From contig JAFXUZ010000029.1 of the NCBI GenBank assembly GCA_017524725.1, positions 41,672 through 105,671 of the forward strand: 64,000 nt of DNA, written 5' to 3'. The DNA comes from Clostridia bacterium (lineage in GTDB: Bacteria > Bacillota > Clostridia > Christensenellales > Aristaeellaceae). Positions 27,011 to 37,044 of the stretch are shown here, piece by piece (position 1 is the first letter of the stretch; the number at the start of each line of letters is the position of its first letter). Both the position numbers and the translations under genes were made by a program. The notes below the pieces were generated by a model. That model did no database searches. It was not told the origin of the DNA and saw nothing but the letters and a program-made list of their open reading frames with translations.

Positions 27011-27247
27011 TTACGCGTCCGGCCGGTCCGGGACGGGCGGAAGCGGGAAAGTGTCGCCTGTACCGCGGACCAGCAAAGCCTTGCGGCGGCGCAGGAACGT
27101 TTCCCTGTCCAGCATGACCACGCGGCCGCAGCCCTCGCATTTCATCTTGATGTCCGCGCCGTTGCGGGTCACGGTCCATTGATCGCTGCCGCAGGGGTGC
27201 TTTTTCTTTGTCCGGATCACATCGCCTACGTGGATCTCTTCCGGCAT
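27011..27247 (-). CDS. DUF951 family small protein
   Basis: Started at MPEEIHVGDVIRTKKKHPCGSDQWTVTRNGADIKMKCEGCGRVVMLDRETF (AGGAGG RBS). The HPCG...W...R.GADI..KC.GC pattern matches DUF951 (Bacillus YyzM-like). Confidence 0.65.
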   Translation of the reverse strand: MPEEIHVGDVIRTKKKHPCGSDQWTVTRNGADIKMKCEGCGRVVMLDRETFLRRRKALLVRGTGDTFPLPPVPDRPDA

Positions 27248-27303
27248 ATCCCGTCCTCCTATGGAAACATCACTGCCTATTATATGCTCCCGGGAATGTT
27301 TTT

Positions 27304-28062
27304 TCAAGGGTCTTTGATCTCAAGGGCGGGGGCGTAGCTTACGCGGGTGAGTTCCAGTCCCTGGGGCGGTGCCGTGACGCCCAGGTCCAGGCGGCTGAGG
27401 CTTTGAAGCGCCCGGGAAAAACAGTCCCCGTCCAGTTTCCCCAGCCCGATGGCGGCAAGGGTACCGGAGATGATGCGGACCATGTTGTAAAGGAAGCCCG
27501 TGCCTGTGATGCGGATCTCGATCATCGGCCCGCTGCGACTGACCGATGCGTCCAGCATCCGGCGGACGGTGGTCTTCGCCTGGCCGCCGGCGGCGGCGAA
27601 GGCGGCAAAATCGTATGTCCCGAGGATCGTCCTGACGGCGCGGTCCATTTTTTCCGTGTCCAGGGGCAGCGGCACATGCCAGGAGACCGCGTGGGTGATG
27701 GCCGAGGGATGGGGGGCGTTGTAGATGCGGTAGGTGTAGGTCTTCTCCCGGGCGGCGAAACGGGCGTGGAAATCCCCGGGCACCTGCTGCCCCAGCATCA
27801 CCCGCACGTCCTCGGGCAGGTACCGGTTAAGGACGAAAGGATACCTTTCGGCCGGGATGGACGCCGGGGTGTCGAAATGAGCCCGCTGGCCCAGGGCGTG
27901 GACACCGGAATCGGTCCGGCTGGCGCCGGTCACCCGGATCGAAAGTCCGGTGGCCTCAAAAAGCGCCTTTTCCAGGGTCTCCTGGACACTGATCCCGTTT
28001 TCCTGGAACTGCCAGCCTACATAATTCGTGCCCAGGTAGGATACGTTCAGCAATACGCGCAT
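27304..28062 (-). CDS. truA: tRNA pseudouridine(38-40) synthase TruA
   Basis: MRVLLNVSYLGTNYVGWQFQ and the catalytic GASRTDSGVHA motif. 252 aa. Confidence 0.9.
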   Translation of the reverse strand: MRVLLNVSYLGTNYVGWQFQENGISVQETLEKALFEATGLSIRVTGASRTDSGVHALGQRAHFDTPASIPAERYPFVLNRYLPEDVRVMLGQQVPGDFHARFAAREKTYTYRIYNAPHPSAITHAVSWHVPLPLDTEKMDRAVRTILGTYDFAAFAAAGGQAKTTVRRMLDASVSRSGPMIEIRITGTGFLYNMVRIISGTLAAIGLGKLDGDCFSRALQSLSRLDLGVTAPPQGLELTRVSYAPALEIKDP

Positions 28063-28082
28063 ACGGTCCTCCTGTCAGGCGT

Positions 28083-29024
28083 TCAGGGCCTTTCCGCCGC
28101 GAAGGCCACCCAGTCCTTTTTCCGGCGGACCTCCAGGACGCGGTAACCGCTGTCAGCCAGGGCTTTTTGCACCGTATCCTCCTGCTCCGCAAGGATGCCG
28201 GAGCAGATGAAGCGGCTCCCCGGCGTCAGGTGATCGAACAGCGGCGCGCACAAAAGGCACACGATGGGAGCCAGGATATTGGCTGCGGCAAAATCAAAAG
28301 ACCGGTCCAGCCCTTTGATCAGGTCTCCCTGCCGCACGTCCACCTTTCCCTTCAGGCCGTTCTTTTCCACGTTTTCCTTTGCCACCCGCACCGCGTCGGG
28401 GTCGATGTCCACGGCGGTCACGTCCCCGGCCCCCAGCAGTCCCGCGCAGATGGCCAGGATACCGCTGCCTGTGCCCACGTCAATGAAAGCACCGCCGCGG
28501 TAGTATGCCTCGATCATCTCCACGCAAAGGGCGGTGGTCTCATGGGTGCCGGTGCCGAAGGCCATGCCGGGATCCATTTCCACCACCAGGTCGCCCTCCT
28601 GCCGGTCCCAGCTTTCCCAGGTGGGCTTGATCACAAGGCGCTTGCCTGCCCGGAAGGGCTTGTAGTATTTCTTCCAGTTTTCGCTCCAGTCGGCCTGCTC
28701 GGCTTCGGCGGTGGTGATCTTCAGCGTCCCGGGATCCGGCAGGGTGCGGCGCAAAAGCGGAAGGCGGGCAGCGAGGGTCTCCAGGATCCGCGCCGCCTCT
28801 TCTTCCGGGTACCAGGCCTTCACCTGCACGTCCTCGGGCATGGCGTCGATCACGCTCTGGTCCATCAGTTCCCAGTCGTGCAGGGGATGGTCTGCGTCCG
28901 GCAGGTCCGCCCGGTCCAGGATCTGGGTGCCGGCGGCGCCCAGGGCCATCAGGGCGTCGGAAACCGCATCGGAGGCGGAGGAGGTGGTGGAGACGGTGAT
29001 CTCCATGTATTTCGGGTTGTCCAT
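28083..29024 (-). CDS. prmA: Ribosomal protein L11 methyltransferase
   Basis: 313 aa. PrmA N-terminal domain, SAM motif IDVGTGSGILAI, and conserved FGTGTHETT. Confidence 0.87.
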   Translation of the reverse strand: MDNPKYMEITVSTTSSASDAVSDALMALGAAGTQILDRADLPDADHPLHDWELMDQSVIDAMPEDVQVKAWYPEEEAARILETLAARLPLLRRTLPDPGTLKITTAEAEQADWSENWKKYYKPFRAGKRLVIKPTWESWDRQEGDLVVEMDPGMAFGTGTHETTALCVEMIEAYYRGGAFIDVGTGSGILAICAGLLGAGDVTAVDIDPDAVRVAKENVEKNGLKGKVDVRQGDLIKGLDRSFDFAAANILAPIVCLLCAPLFDHLTPGSRFICSGILAEQEDTVQKALADSGYRVLEVRRKKDWVAFAAERP

Positions 29025-29047
29025 ATCATTCGGTCCTTTCTGTATGC

Positions 29048-32000
29048 TTATTCGATCGGGATCTCCCTGCCCAGGAACAGGGAATATAAAAGCGTTTGCT
29101 TGACTTTCCGTCCCGTGATATCCTCAAGGGCTTTTTTGTACAGGTCCAGCTGCTTCCGGTACCGTTCCTTCAGCACGTCCGCGGGGACGCGGTCGGTCTT
29201 GTAATCGCAAAGGACCCATTCGTCCTCCTCGGTGAAGCACAGGTCGATGACACCCTGTACGTATTCCGCCAAGCTGCTTTTCAGGTGCAGGTCAAAAGCC
29301 CATTCCCGGCGGACGACGAAGCTCTTCAGCATCCTGCGCCCCAGGGGGGAGGCATAGAACCCCGACATCTGGCTGACGGCGGCGGGGGAGGTGACCTCCC
29401 TTGCCTCCCGGGAGGAGAAAAAGCCCTTCCGCACCAGTTTTTCCACCGCACCGCGGACGTCCCCGGCGCGGACCGTGTCCAGGTCCATCGCGCCCAGGCA
29501 CCGGTGGATCAGCGTGCCCCTCTCCTGTCCGGTCAGGCCGGTATCCTCCATCAGGAAACGCGGGCGCGCGTCGGGGCGGGCCGGCATTTCCCGCCGCTTG
29601 TTTTCGTAGGTTTCGGTGTCGTCCCCGCTCTCCTTCATCTCCCGGGCCAGGGCGGTGACGGAGGTCTTCAGCGGGACGCGGGGTTTTTCGTCCCGGACGA
29701 AGGCCGCGGGCACGCCTCCCCCGCCGGGATCCATCCGGGGCGGCGGGGGCATCCTGTCACGCTGCCGGGCCTGAAGGCCCTTCAATTCCGGGAAGGAGAT
29801 CAGGAACCTTTCGCCGCCGGGGAAAACGGCTTCCCCTTCATTTTTGAGGGCGTCCCCGCCCAGGGCGTCCAGCACCCAGTCCAGCATGGAATTTGCCTTC
29901 AGGGCGTTTCCTGCCGTGGGACGCCGTCCGGTGAGCGCTTTTTCCGTATTCATCGGGCAGCCCAGCAGGTACAGGCGCTTTTTTGCGCGGGTCATGCCCA
30001 CATACATCAGCCGGGCTTCCTCGGATTTCTGCTTCAGGACATTCTTTTCCTTCACCGCCGCCAGGGCCGGATTGGGCAGTTCCACCCGGTCCGGACTCAG
30101 GGTGCGGATGGCGACGCCCAGGTCGGTGTCCCACTGGACGCCGGTGCTGCTTGCGTATTTGAACCTCGCCGCCAGGCCGGGCATAAAGACCACCGGGAAC
30201 TGCAGGCCCTTGGATTTGTGCATCGTCATGATGCGCACCACGTCGTCCCTGTCGGACAGGGTGCGGGCCGCGGAACGTTCCCCGGCGCGGCGCTCGTTTT
30301 CCCGGAGCGTCAGGAATTCCTTCAGGTCCAGCCGGGAGTTTTCGCCCTGGGCCTGCTCGGCAAACAGCCTGAGCCGCGCCCGGGCGTCCTCGGGGAAGGG
30401 ATCGGCCCCGGCCCTGAGGTACAGCCCGCTTTCGCCGATCAGCTTCCACAAAAATGTGTCCAGCGGGATGGAGCGGGAATAAAAGCGCCACTCCTCCAGG
30501 CGCCTGAGTACCCCGGCGCATTTTTTTCCCAGGGGGTCGTCCTTCTCCGCACGGCTGAAGAAGGCCCGGTGGAAGGGGACCTTCCTGTCTCCCAGGCGGA
30601 TGAGGGCCAGTTCCTCCGACGAAAAGCCGAAGGCCGGACAGCGCAGGACACCCATCAGGGCGATGTCGTCGCAGGGATTGACCACCGCCCGGCACAGAAG
30701 GGTGGTGTCCCGCACCTCCGGCAGGTCCCAGTAACGGGCGTCGGCCTCGGAATATACCGGGATGCCGCTGTCTTCCAGCACCTTTGCCAGGTCGCCGGAA
30801 CGGTTCACGGCGCTGCGCAGGAGCACGACGATGTCGCGCCAGCGGACCGGCTCCCCGTCGACGCGCAGCTTTTCCCCGTCGTGGATGCTGCGGATCTCCT
30901 TTGCGATCCAGGCGCATTCCTTCTGCCAGACGGTCAGCGCTTCTTCCTCGGTCTCCTCTTCAGCGGCGGGTTTTTCTCCGGCGTCCCGTTTAAAGACCAC
31001 TACGCGGACGGGGTCGCCACCCATGTTCTCCGGTCCGGTCAGTCCCGGGATCAGGGCGTTTTCGCTGTCATATTCGATCTCGGTGACCGAGCGGCGCATG
31101 GCGTGGCGGAACACCAGGTTGATCCCGGCGATCAGGACGGGATCGGAACGGAAATTGGCGTTGAGCAGGATCTTCCTTTCCGCCCCGCCTTTTTCCGTGG
31201 GAAAGGAAAAAAACTTGCGCATGAACAGCGAGGGGTCGGCGGCCCGGAAGCGGTAGATGGACTGTTTTACGTCTCCCACCATGAACAGGGTGTTCAGCCC
31301 CGGGAAATGCAGGCGGGTCACGATGCTTTCCTGAATGCCGGACACGTCCTGGTATTCGTCCACGAACAGGTGGTCGAACCGCGCGCCGGCTTCCCGGGCG
31401 GTTTCGCCGTCGGAGAGCACCCGGAGAGTGAGGTGCTCCAGGTCGTTGAAATCCAGGCGGTTTTTGCGCTGCTTTTTGTCAAAATATTTCCGGTCGGCCT
31501 TTTCGCACAGGTCGATCAGCCCCCTCAGGGCCGGGAGTGAAGCCGTGTAAGCCTTTTCCATGGCTTCCCGCGTCCCGGGCCAGCCCGCGGCCGCATCGGA
31601 GAGCGCCTTGCGGAAAGCATCCCGAAGGGCTTTGTAATTTTCCGCCAGGGCGGGGTCCTCGTCGGGAGGCGCTTTTTTGCGGGAGAGCATCACCAGCTTC
31701 ACGTTTCCGGAGGATGCGTGGTCCTTCAGGACCGTTTCAAAGACCGCTCGGTCGCTCTGAAGGGTCTCCAGGTACCTTTCCGGCAGGCGTCCGGCGGCCT
31801 CAAGGGCTTCCATGTCGTCCAGAAGCTCTCCCGCGGCGATCAGCCTGAGGTCGGCGCACCTCTCCAGTTCCGCCATCATCAGGGCGGTGCCCGCTGCGGC
31901 CTGTGTCCTTGCCCAGGCAAAGGGCTCCGCCCGGGACAAAAGCGCCCGGCGCAGGGCGGGTATGAGATCCTCCAGTTCCTCATAATCGAACTGGGACCGG

Positions 32001-32446
32001 AGTGCCGCCGCGTCGGGATCCGGATCGGCCCACGCTTCGGCGAGGGACTCGGAAAGGGCCTCCTCCCACAGGGGCAGCAATTCGCTTTCGGCGGACAGGC
32101 GGAAGGCAGGGTCGATGCCTGCCTGGCTGAAATGGTCCTTCAGGAAGCGCTGACAGAAAGAATGCAGGGTGGAAATGTGGGCGCGGCCGACCCTGGCGGC
32201 CTGCCGCCTCAGGGCGGAAGGAGCGCCCTCACGGCTAAGCGCCGCTTCGATGCGTTCCCGCATTTCGGCGGCGGCCGCGCGGGTAAAGGTGACGATCAGC
32301 ATCCGGTCGATGTCGCAGCCCTCCCGCAGAAGCCGGATGACGCGCTCCACCAGCACCGCCGTTTTGCCGCTGCCGGCTGCGGCGCTGATCAGTACGGAGC
32401 TGCTGTCGGCCCCGATGGCCTCGGTCTGTGCCGGTGTCCAGGGCAT
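29048..32446 (-). CDS. addA: ATP-dependent helicase/nuclease AddA-like (UvrD-type helicase with C-terminal PD-(D/E)XK nuclease)
   Basis: 1132 aa. MPWTPAQTEAI...AAAGSGKTAVLVERV (motif I), VDEYQD, TMHKSKGLQFP, and the C-terminal nuclease motif GVIDLCF...VLCDYKTD. Extended -10 promoter candidate (TGGTATAAT on the minus strand, about 32476-32484). Confidence 0.8.
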   Translation of the reverse strand: MPWTPAQTEAIGADSSSVLISAAAGSGKTAVLVERVIRLLREGCDIDRMLIVTFTRAAAAEMRERIEAALSREGAPSALRRQAARVGRAHISTLHSFCQRFLKDHFSQAGIDPAFRLSAESELLPLWEEALSESLAEAWADPDPDAAALRSQFDYEELEDLIPALRRALLSRAEPFAWARTQAAAGTALMMAELERCADLRLIAAGELLDDMEALEAAGRLPERYLETLQSDRAVFETVLKDHASSGNVKLVMLSRKKAPPDEDPALAENYKALRDAFRKALSDAAAGWPGTREAMEKAYTASLPALRGLIDLCEKADRKYFDKKQRKNRLDFNDLEHLTLRVLSDGETAREAGARFDHLFVDEYQDVSGIQESIVTRLHFPGLNTLFMVGDVKQSIYRFRAADPSLFMRKFFSFPTEKGGAERKILLNANFRSDPVLIAGINLVFRHAMRRSVTEIEYDSENALIPGLTGPENMGGDPVRVVVFKRDAGEKPAAEEETEEEALTVWQKECAWIAKEIRSIHDGEKLRVDGEPVRWRDIVVLLRSAVNRSGDLAKVLEDSGIPVYSEADARYWDLPEVRDTTLLCRAVVNPCDDIALMGVLRCPAFGFSSEELALIRLGDRKVPFHRAFFSRAEKDDPLGKKCAGVLRRLEEWRFYSRSIPLDTFLWKLIGESGLYLRAGADPFPEDARARLRLFAEQAQGENSRLDLKEFLTLRENERRAGERSAARTLSDRDDVVRIMTMHKSKGLQFPVVFMPGLAARFKYASSTGVQWDTDLGVAIRTLSPDRVELPNPALAAVKEKNVLKQKSEEARLMYVGMTRAKKRLYLLGCPMNTEKALTGRRPTAGNALKANSMLDWVLDALGGDALKNEGEAVFPGGERFLISFPELKGLQARQRDRMPPPPRMDPGGGGVPAAFVRDEKPRVPLKTSVTALAREMKESGDDTETYENKRREMPARPDARPRFLMEDTGLTGQERGTLIHRCLGAMDLDTVRAGDVRGAVEKLVRKGFFSSREAREVTSPAAVSQMSGFYASPLGRRMLKSFVVRREWAFDLHLKSSLAEYVQGVIDLCFTEEDEWVLCDYKTDRVPADVLKERYRKQLDLYKKALEDITGRKVKQTLLYSLFLGREIPIE

Positions 32447-32544
32447 GGCGTTCCCTCCCCATAGGAATTTATGCCATTATACCACGCTTTTCGGGAAAAC
32501 ACAAAAAAGCGCGGCCTGCCAAAGGTGTGGTTTAGATGTCCGCA

Positions 32545-32590
32545 TACGCAAACGAGGCGCGGTTTATCCCCGCGCCTCGCGCCGTTTTTC
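32545..32590. terminator. Hairpin terminator after the LRR-caspase gene
   Basis: CGAGGCGCGG-7 nt-CCGCGCCTCG (10-bp stem) with a TTTGCG tail on the minus strand and a T5 run nearby on the plus strand. Confidence 0.55.
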
Positions 32591-32605
32591 GCATTGCTCC
32601 GGATA

Positions 32606-35059
32606 TCAGTAGATGGGCTCGGCCCGGAACAGTTCATAGGTGCTGCCGGCCGGGTAGACCTGGACCTGCTGGGTGGCCCCATTGGGGCCGAACTGCTGGC
32701 GGTCCCCGACGGTACTGATGTAGGAGAACAGTTCGTTCAGGGTGAGGATGCCGTTGCGGTCGGAGTCCGCGGGCATGCGACCTGAGGTCCCGACGCCGCC
32801 GGTGAGCCACTGGGTGAAGTAGTTGTGGGCGGGGGCGTCTTCGGTGCCCCAGGAATCCTGCAGGTAACGGGTGGCGCACAGCACATAGAACTTGTCAGGC
32901 ACGCGGAATTCGCCGATGCGGCTTTGGACGATCTGTCCATTGCCGTTTTCGTCATAGATATAGGTCAGATCCTCCGCCCGGTCCAGCTTTTGATCTGGGA
33001 AGGCGTTCACGATAGCGCCGGCGGTGAGGCCGGACGCGGAGTTCTGCTGATCGGGATGCGCCGGGTCGTAGACTGCGGCGCCGGCACCGCAGGATTCGAT
33101 GACCACGATCACCTCGCCCGGGACCGAATCCAGTTTGTCGGCAAGCTCGTAAAGCAGCAGCCAGCTTTCCTGCCGGGCGGAGTTCACGCAGTTCAGGGAC
33201 CCGGGACCCTGTTCCCATTCCCGGTAAGTCGTGACTGAGTCGCCGTGGGTGGCGATGAAGAAAAGGGAAACGTCGTCGTTGTCCGCGCCGGCGAACGTGC
33301 TGTCCACCAGGCTGAGGACGTCATTCGCCGACCGGTCGATATATTTCGACGGCGTTCTGTACCGGGTGCCTATGGGGGTAAAGCGCGAGGTAAGCATGGA
33401 ATACATCAGGTCGCAGTCGCCCCCGTTGCGGTTGCAGGTCTCGTCCGGATAATGGACCTGACCGATGAGCAGCGCGCGGTAATTGATCCCGCGGACCCGG
33501 GCCCGGGCATGGACTGACAGGGGAGTCTCATTATTGCCGACGGAGGCCGTCACCGCAAAGAGGTATTCGGTTTTAAAACGGAGGCTCGACAGGTCGATAT
33601 GGGTCTCGGTGATGCCCGGGATCCGGCTGCCGGACATGAGGGCGCCGTCCTCCGCTTCCGCGTAATACAGGGTGTAGCTCGAAGCCCCGGGAACGGCGGA
33701 CCAGGTGATGCTGACCGAACCGTCCCGGCGGGCCGTGATCTGGGTGATGGTCGGGGCGGCCGGACTGGCCGGACCCGATGTGACCGTGATCTGCACGCTG
33801 CCGGAGGGAGACCAGGTGCCGGTGCAGAGTTTGTTCACCATCTGCCGGTAGAGGGAGGCGGTGAAGCCGCCGGAATACTGCCCGGGGAGACCTACGTGGT
33901 TTGCGGCCGGATCGCCGCTGATCACGCCCAGGCGGGGATTGGTCCCGCCGAGCTGGCCCCAGCTGCCCGAAATAAGGCGGGACAGGGCGTCGACAGCCGT
34001 TACGCCGACGCGCTTCAGGGCGCTGGTGACCGCCTCTGGGAAGAAAACGGAACAGTCACTGTCCGTGCCGATGATGTGTCCGTTGTTCTGCACGGCGGCC
34101 TGCCGGATGGAATCGATGATGCCGCCGCCGCAGGACAGGATCACCTCCACGCCGCTCCGGTACCAGAGATCGGCTGTGGCGTATACGCCCGGACCGGCGG
34201 AAAAGGTGCCGGTGCAGGTATAGGCGACGGTCACGCTGCCTGTGACCCCCAATTCACGGGCGGCGGCGTTGGCGCCGCGGATAAAGCCCTGGCCGCAGGA
34301 TACCACGTCATCTGTTTCCATGCCGCCCATGAAGCCCAGGCTGCGGAAGCCCATGCGGACGGCGGCGTATCCTGCCATGAAACCCGCCTGGTCCATGCGG
34401 TAAAGGGAGGCAAAGACGTTGTTCGCCGGGCTGCTCATTTCGGCGTCCAGGCAGATGTAGCGTACCGAGGGGTTGGCCATGGCTGAGGCGCGCACCTCCG
34501 ACGAGCGCAGGGAACCCACCGTCACGATCACATTGAAGCCCTCCAGGACCGGGGTATCGATATCCCCGCAGTACCAGGCGCAGGGAAGGCCGCGGCCTGA
34601 GCACCAGGCGGACACTGCCTGCCACGCGTCATAGTGCAGGGTCCCGTTTGTGGGTGCGGCGCTGTCCCCGACCACGGCGACGCGGTATTCCGCGCGCGTC
34701 AGGGTAAGCCCCGTGCAGCCGGTGAAAGCCGTAGAGGCAACGCTTACGTTTTCCGGGAGGTAAAGAAGGCCTGAAAGGCCCGTGCAGCCGTCAAAGGCGT
34801 GGGCGCCGATGCGCTTCACGCTGCCGGGGATTTTCGGCACGCCTGTAAGCCTCGTGCATCCGGCGAAAGCGTATGCGCCGATCTCCGTCACGCCGTCCGG
34901 GATCGCAAGGACGCCGGTGAGGCTTTTGCATCCCCGGAATGCTTCGCTTTCGATCGTCTGTGTTCCGGCGGGGAGGGACAGCGTGCCCGCAGCGGCAAAG
35001 GCATGGACGGAAAGCGCCAGGCAGGCGAGAAGGAACAGGAGGATCACAGGCTTTTTCAT
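32606..35059 (-). CDS. Secreted multidomain protein: BspA-type LRR + BMP/PnrA-like binding domain + FN3 + caspase-like (peptidase C14-type) domain + Ca-binding/dockerin-like tail
   Basis: Start at MKKPVILLFLLACLALSVHAFA (AAGGAG RBS). LRR units (IPDGVTEIGAYAFAGCTRLTGV). BMP-like block (AGFMAGYAAVRMG...FIRGANAAA...ILSCGGG...IIGTDSD). FN3-like block (ITWSAVPGASSYTLYY). Caspase-like block (YRALLIGQVHY...DVSLFFIATHGD...VIVVIESCGAGA, a His/Cys dyad). DSDRNGILTLNELF at the C-terminus. Confidence 0.7.
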   Translation of the reverse strand: MKKPVILLFLLACLALSVHAFAAAGTLSLPAGTQTIESEAFRGCKSLTGVLAIPDGVTEIGAYAFAGCTRLTGVPKIPGSVKRIGAHAFDGCTGLSGLLYLPENVSVASTAFTGCTGLTLTRAEYRVAVVGDSAAPTNGTLHYDAWQAVSAWCSGRGLPCAWYCGDIDTPVLEGFNVIVTVGSLRSSEVRASAMANPSVRYICLDAEMSSPANNVFASLYRMDQAGFMAGYAAVRMGFRSLGFMGGMETDDVVSCGQGFIRGANAAARELGVTGSVTVAYTCTGTFSAGPGVYATADLWYRSGVEVILSCGGGIIDSIRQAAVQNNGHIIGTDSDCSVFFPEAVTSALKRVGVTAVDALSRLISGSWGQLGGTNPRLGVISGDPAANHVGLPGQYSGGFTASLYRQMVNKLCTGTWSPSGSVQITVTSGPASPAAPTITQITARRDGSVSITWSAVPGASSYTLYYAEAEDGALMSGSRIPGITETHIDLSSLRFKTEYLFAVTASVGNNETPLSVHARARVRGINYRALLIGQVHYPDETCNRNGGDCDLMYSMLTSRFTPIGTRYRTPSKYIDRSANDVLSLVDSTFAGADNDDVSLFFIATHGDSVTTYREWEQGPGSLNCVNSARQESWLLLYELADKLDSVPGEVIVVIESCGAGAAVYDPAHPDQQNSASGLTAGAIVNAFPDQKLDRAEDLTYIYDENGNGQIVQSRIGEFRVPDKFYVLCATRYLQDSWGTEDAPAHNYFTQWLTGGVGTSGRMPADSDRNGILTLNELFSYISTVGDRQQFGPNGATQQVQVYPAGSTYELFRAEPIY

Positions 35060-35125
35060 TCGGCGGCTCCTTAAAAAAGCTGCTGCGTTCAAACCGCAGC
35101 AGCCTGTGTTGGCTTTGTGTGAAGG

Positions 35126-35860
35126 TCAGCGGGTGGGGACCTCGTTCATGATGGGCTGGAGGCCGTTGCGATAGGCGACCCATTCGGGGGAGTTCTTCCA
35201 GTAATCGGTGAAGGTGTAAGTGACTTCGACGTAAGCGTTGAGGTCCTTATCGAAGATCTTTGCCTTGCGGATGTCCAGGTTGTAGGAGACCATGCCGTCC
35301 AGGTTCACCAGCACGCTCTGGGCGCCGCCCAGCTCGCCTTCGATGTCAATGCCCTGATAAGGCATCACCCTGATGCCCTGCTGCGCCTTGGCTTGGGCCT
35401 GGGTGGTGAAGACGGTGAAGGAAGGGTTCTCCTTGTAGAACACATTGCCGCCGGCGTCCCGCAAGGCCATGTTCAGCCGCAGGGTGCCGCCGCGGACGGT
35501 AGCCCACATCACGCCTACGATCTGCAGCGTGGTGGTGACGACGGGATAGACCAGGGTGACGTCACGGGTCAGGGGAACGGGAACCACGGTGTAGCGGTCG
35601 CTGCCCATATCGAACCCGGCGACCATGAAGTGGGCGACCTTCCATGTATCGCCCAGTTCCTTGTAGTGCTCATAGCGGGTGATCATCTTCCAGGTGGGGT
35701 TGTATTTGTGGTCGGTGATCTGGGGAATGGTCAGGAAATAGTCATAGGTCAGGGTATAATCGGAGGGAATGGCGGGAGCCCATTCGTTAACATTAGCCAT
35801 GGCGGGCGCACAGGCCAGCAGCAGGCAGAAGATCATCAAAAGCGAAACGATCTTTTTCAT
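35126..35860 (-). CDS. Secreted protein of unknown function (co-directional partner of the LRR-caspase gene)
   Basis: Start at MKKIVSLLMIFCLLLACAPAMA (AAGGAGAG RBS). No recognisable family. 66-nt gap to the downstream gene. Confidence 0.55.
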   Translation of the reverse strand: MKKIVSLLMIFCLLLACAPAMANVNEWAPAIPSDYTLTYDYFLTIPQITDHKYNPTWKMITRYEHYKELGDTWKVAHFMVAGFDMGSDRYTVVPVPLTRDVTLVYPVVTTTLQIVGVMWATVRGGTLRLNMALRDAGGNVFYKENPSFTVFTTQAQAKAQQGIRVMPYQGIDIEGELGGAQSVLVNLDGMVSYNLDIRKAKIFDKDLNAYVEVTYTFTDYWKNSPEWVAYRNGLQPIMNEVPTR

Positions 35861-36132
35861 GGAATAATCTCTCCTTCCTTTTGGCAGGCGGGGCCTGCCG
35901 GAACACATAAAATCGGTACGGGACTATTATAGCATATATATTGATAAAATCAAGGCTTACGCCGCCGCCGCCCGGATATAACGGGGAAGAGAGCAGGAAA
36001 CGGTGACAGGAAAAACGGGGGCAGGCTTGCCCGGGGAGGGGGCATTTGCTATAATTCGGACGAAACACATGAAAAAATGCCGGACGGATCAGGCGGAGCG
36101 AAAAAGGAACGAAGCAGACGGAGGGAGCGCCC

Positions 36133-37044
36133 ATGGACGGAACGGAAAGGGAAAAAATGTACCGCGCCTGCGGGCTTTGCCCCAGGATGTGCGGTTGCGA
36201 CCGTTTTTCGGGGCGCGGATTCTGCGGCATGGGTACGCTCCCGCGCATTGCCCGGGCGGCCCCGCACCTGTGGGAGGAACCCTGCATCGCGGGGACGGAC
36301 GGGAAAGGGACCGGGGCGGTCTTTTTTTCGGGCTGCACCCTGAAATGCGCGTACTGCCAGAACCGGGTGCTGAGCCATGATAATTTCGGCGCGGAAGTGG
36401 ACACGGGGCGCCTCAGCGGGATATTCGCGGAGCTGGAGGCCCAAGGGGTCCACAGCCTGGACCTGGTGACCGGCACCATGTTTATCCCATCCATCCTGGA
36501 CGCGCTGGACCTCAGGCGCCCCGGGGTGCCGGTGGTATGGAACACCTCGGGTTATGAACGGGCGGAAACGCTGAAAACGCTGGAGGGGTACGTGCAGGTG
36601 TACCTTCCGGACATGAAGCACGTTTCATCAAGGCTTTCCTCCCTGTGCGCCGGGGCGGAGGACTATTTCCGCCGGGCCTCGGCGGCTCTTTTGGAAATGC
36701 GGCGCCAGGTGGGGGAAAACGTATATGATGAAAACGGGCTGCTGAAGAGGGGCATGGTGATCAGGCACCTGGTGCTGCCGGGATGCACCGCCGATGCCCG
36801 GGAGGTGCTCCGCTTCCTGGCATCGGAGCTCAAAGGGGTGCCCGTCAGCATCATGAGCCAGTATACCCCCATCCCGGAATGCCGCATTCCCGGCCTGGAC
36901 CGGCGGGTGACGGACAGGGAATACCGGCGGGTGCTGGACTGGGCCGAAGAGCTGGGGATCACCGGATACAGCCAGGAGAGGACCAGCGCGGAGAGGGAGT
37001 ATACCCCGGAGTTCGATCTGAGGGGGGTCAAAGCTATGCGGTGA
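36133..37044 (+). CDS. Radical SAM protein (pyruvate formate-lyase activase-like, COG1313-type)
   Basis: N-terminal Cys-rich CGLCPRMCGCDR, radical SAM cluster motif CTLKCAYCQN, about 300 aa. GGAGGG RBS. TTGCCC-17-TATAAT with TG extension at 36027-36055. Confidence 0.75.
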   Translation: MDGTEREKMYRACGLCPRMCGCDRFSGRGFCGMGTLPRIARAAPHLWEEPCIAGTDGKGTGAVFFSGCTLKCAYCQNRVLSHDNFGAEVDTGRLSGIFAELEAQGVHSLDLVTGTMFIPSILDALDLRRPGVPVVWNTSGYERAETLKTLEGYVQVYLPDMKHVSSRLSSLCAGAEDYFRRASAALLEMRRQVGENVYDENGLLKRGMVIRHLVLPGCTADAREVLRFLASELKGVPVSIMSQYTPIPECRIPGLDRRVTDREYRRVLDWAEELGITGYSQERTSAEREYTPEFDLRGVKAMR

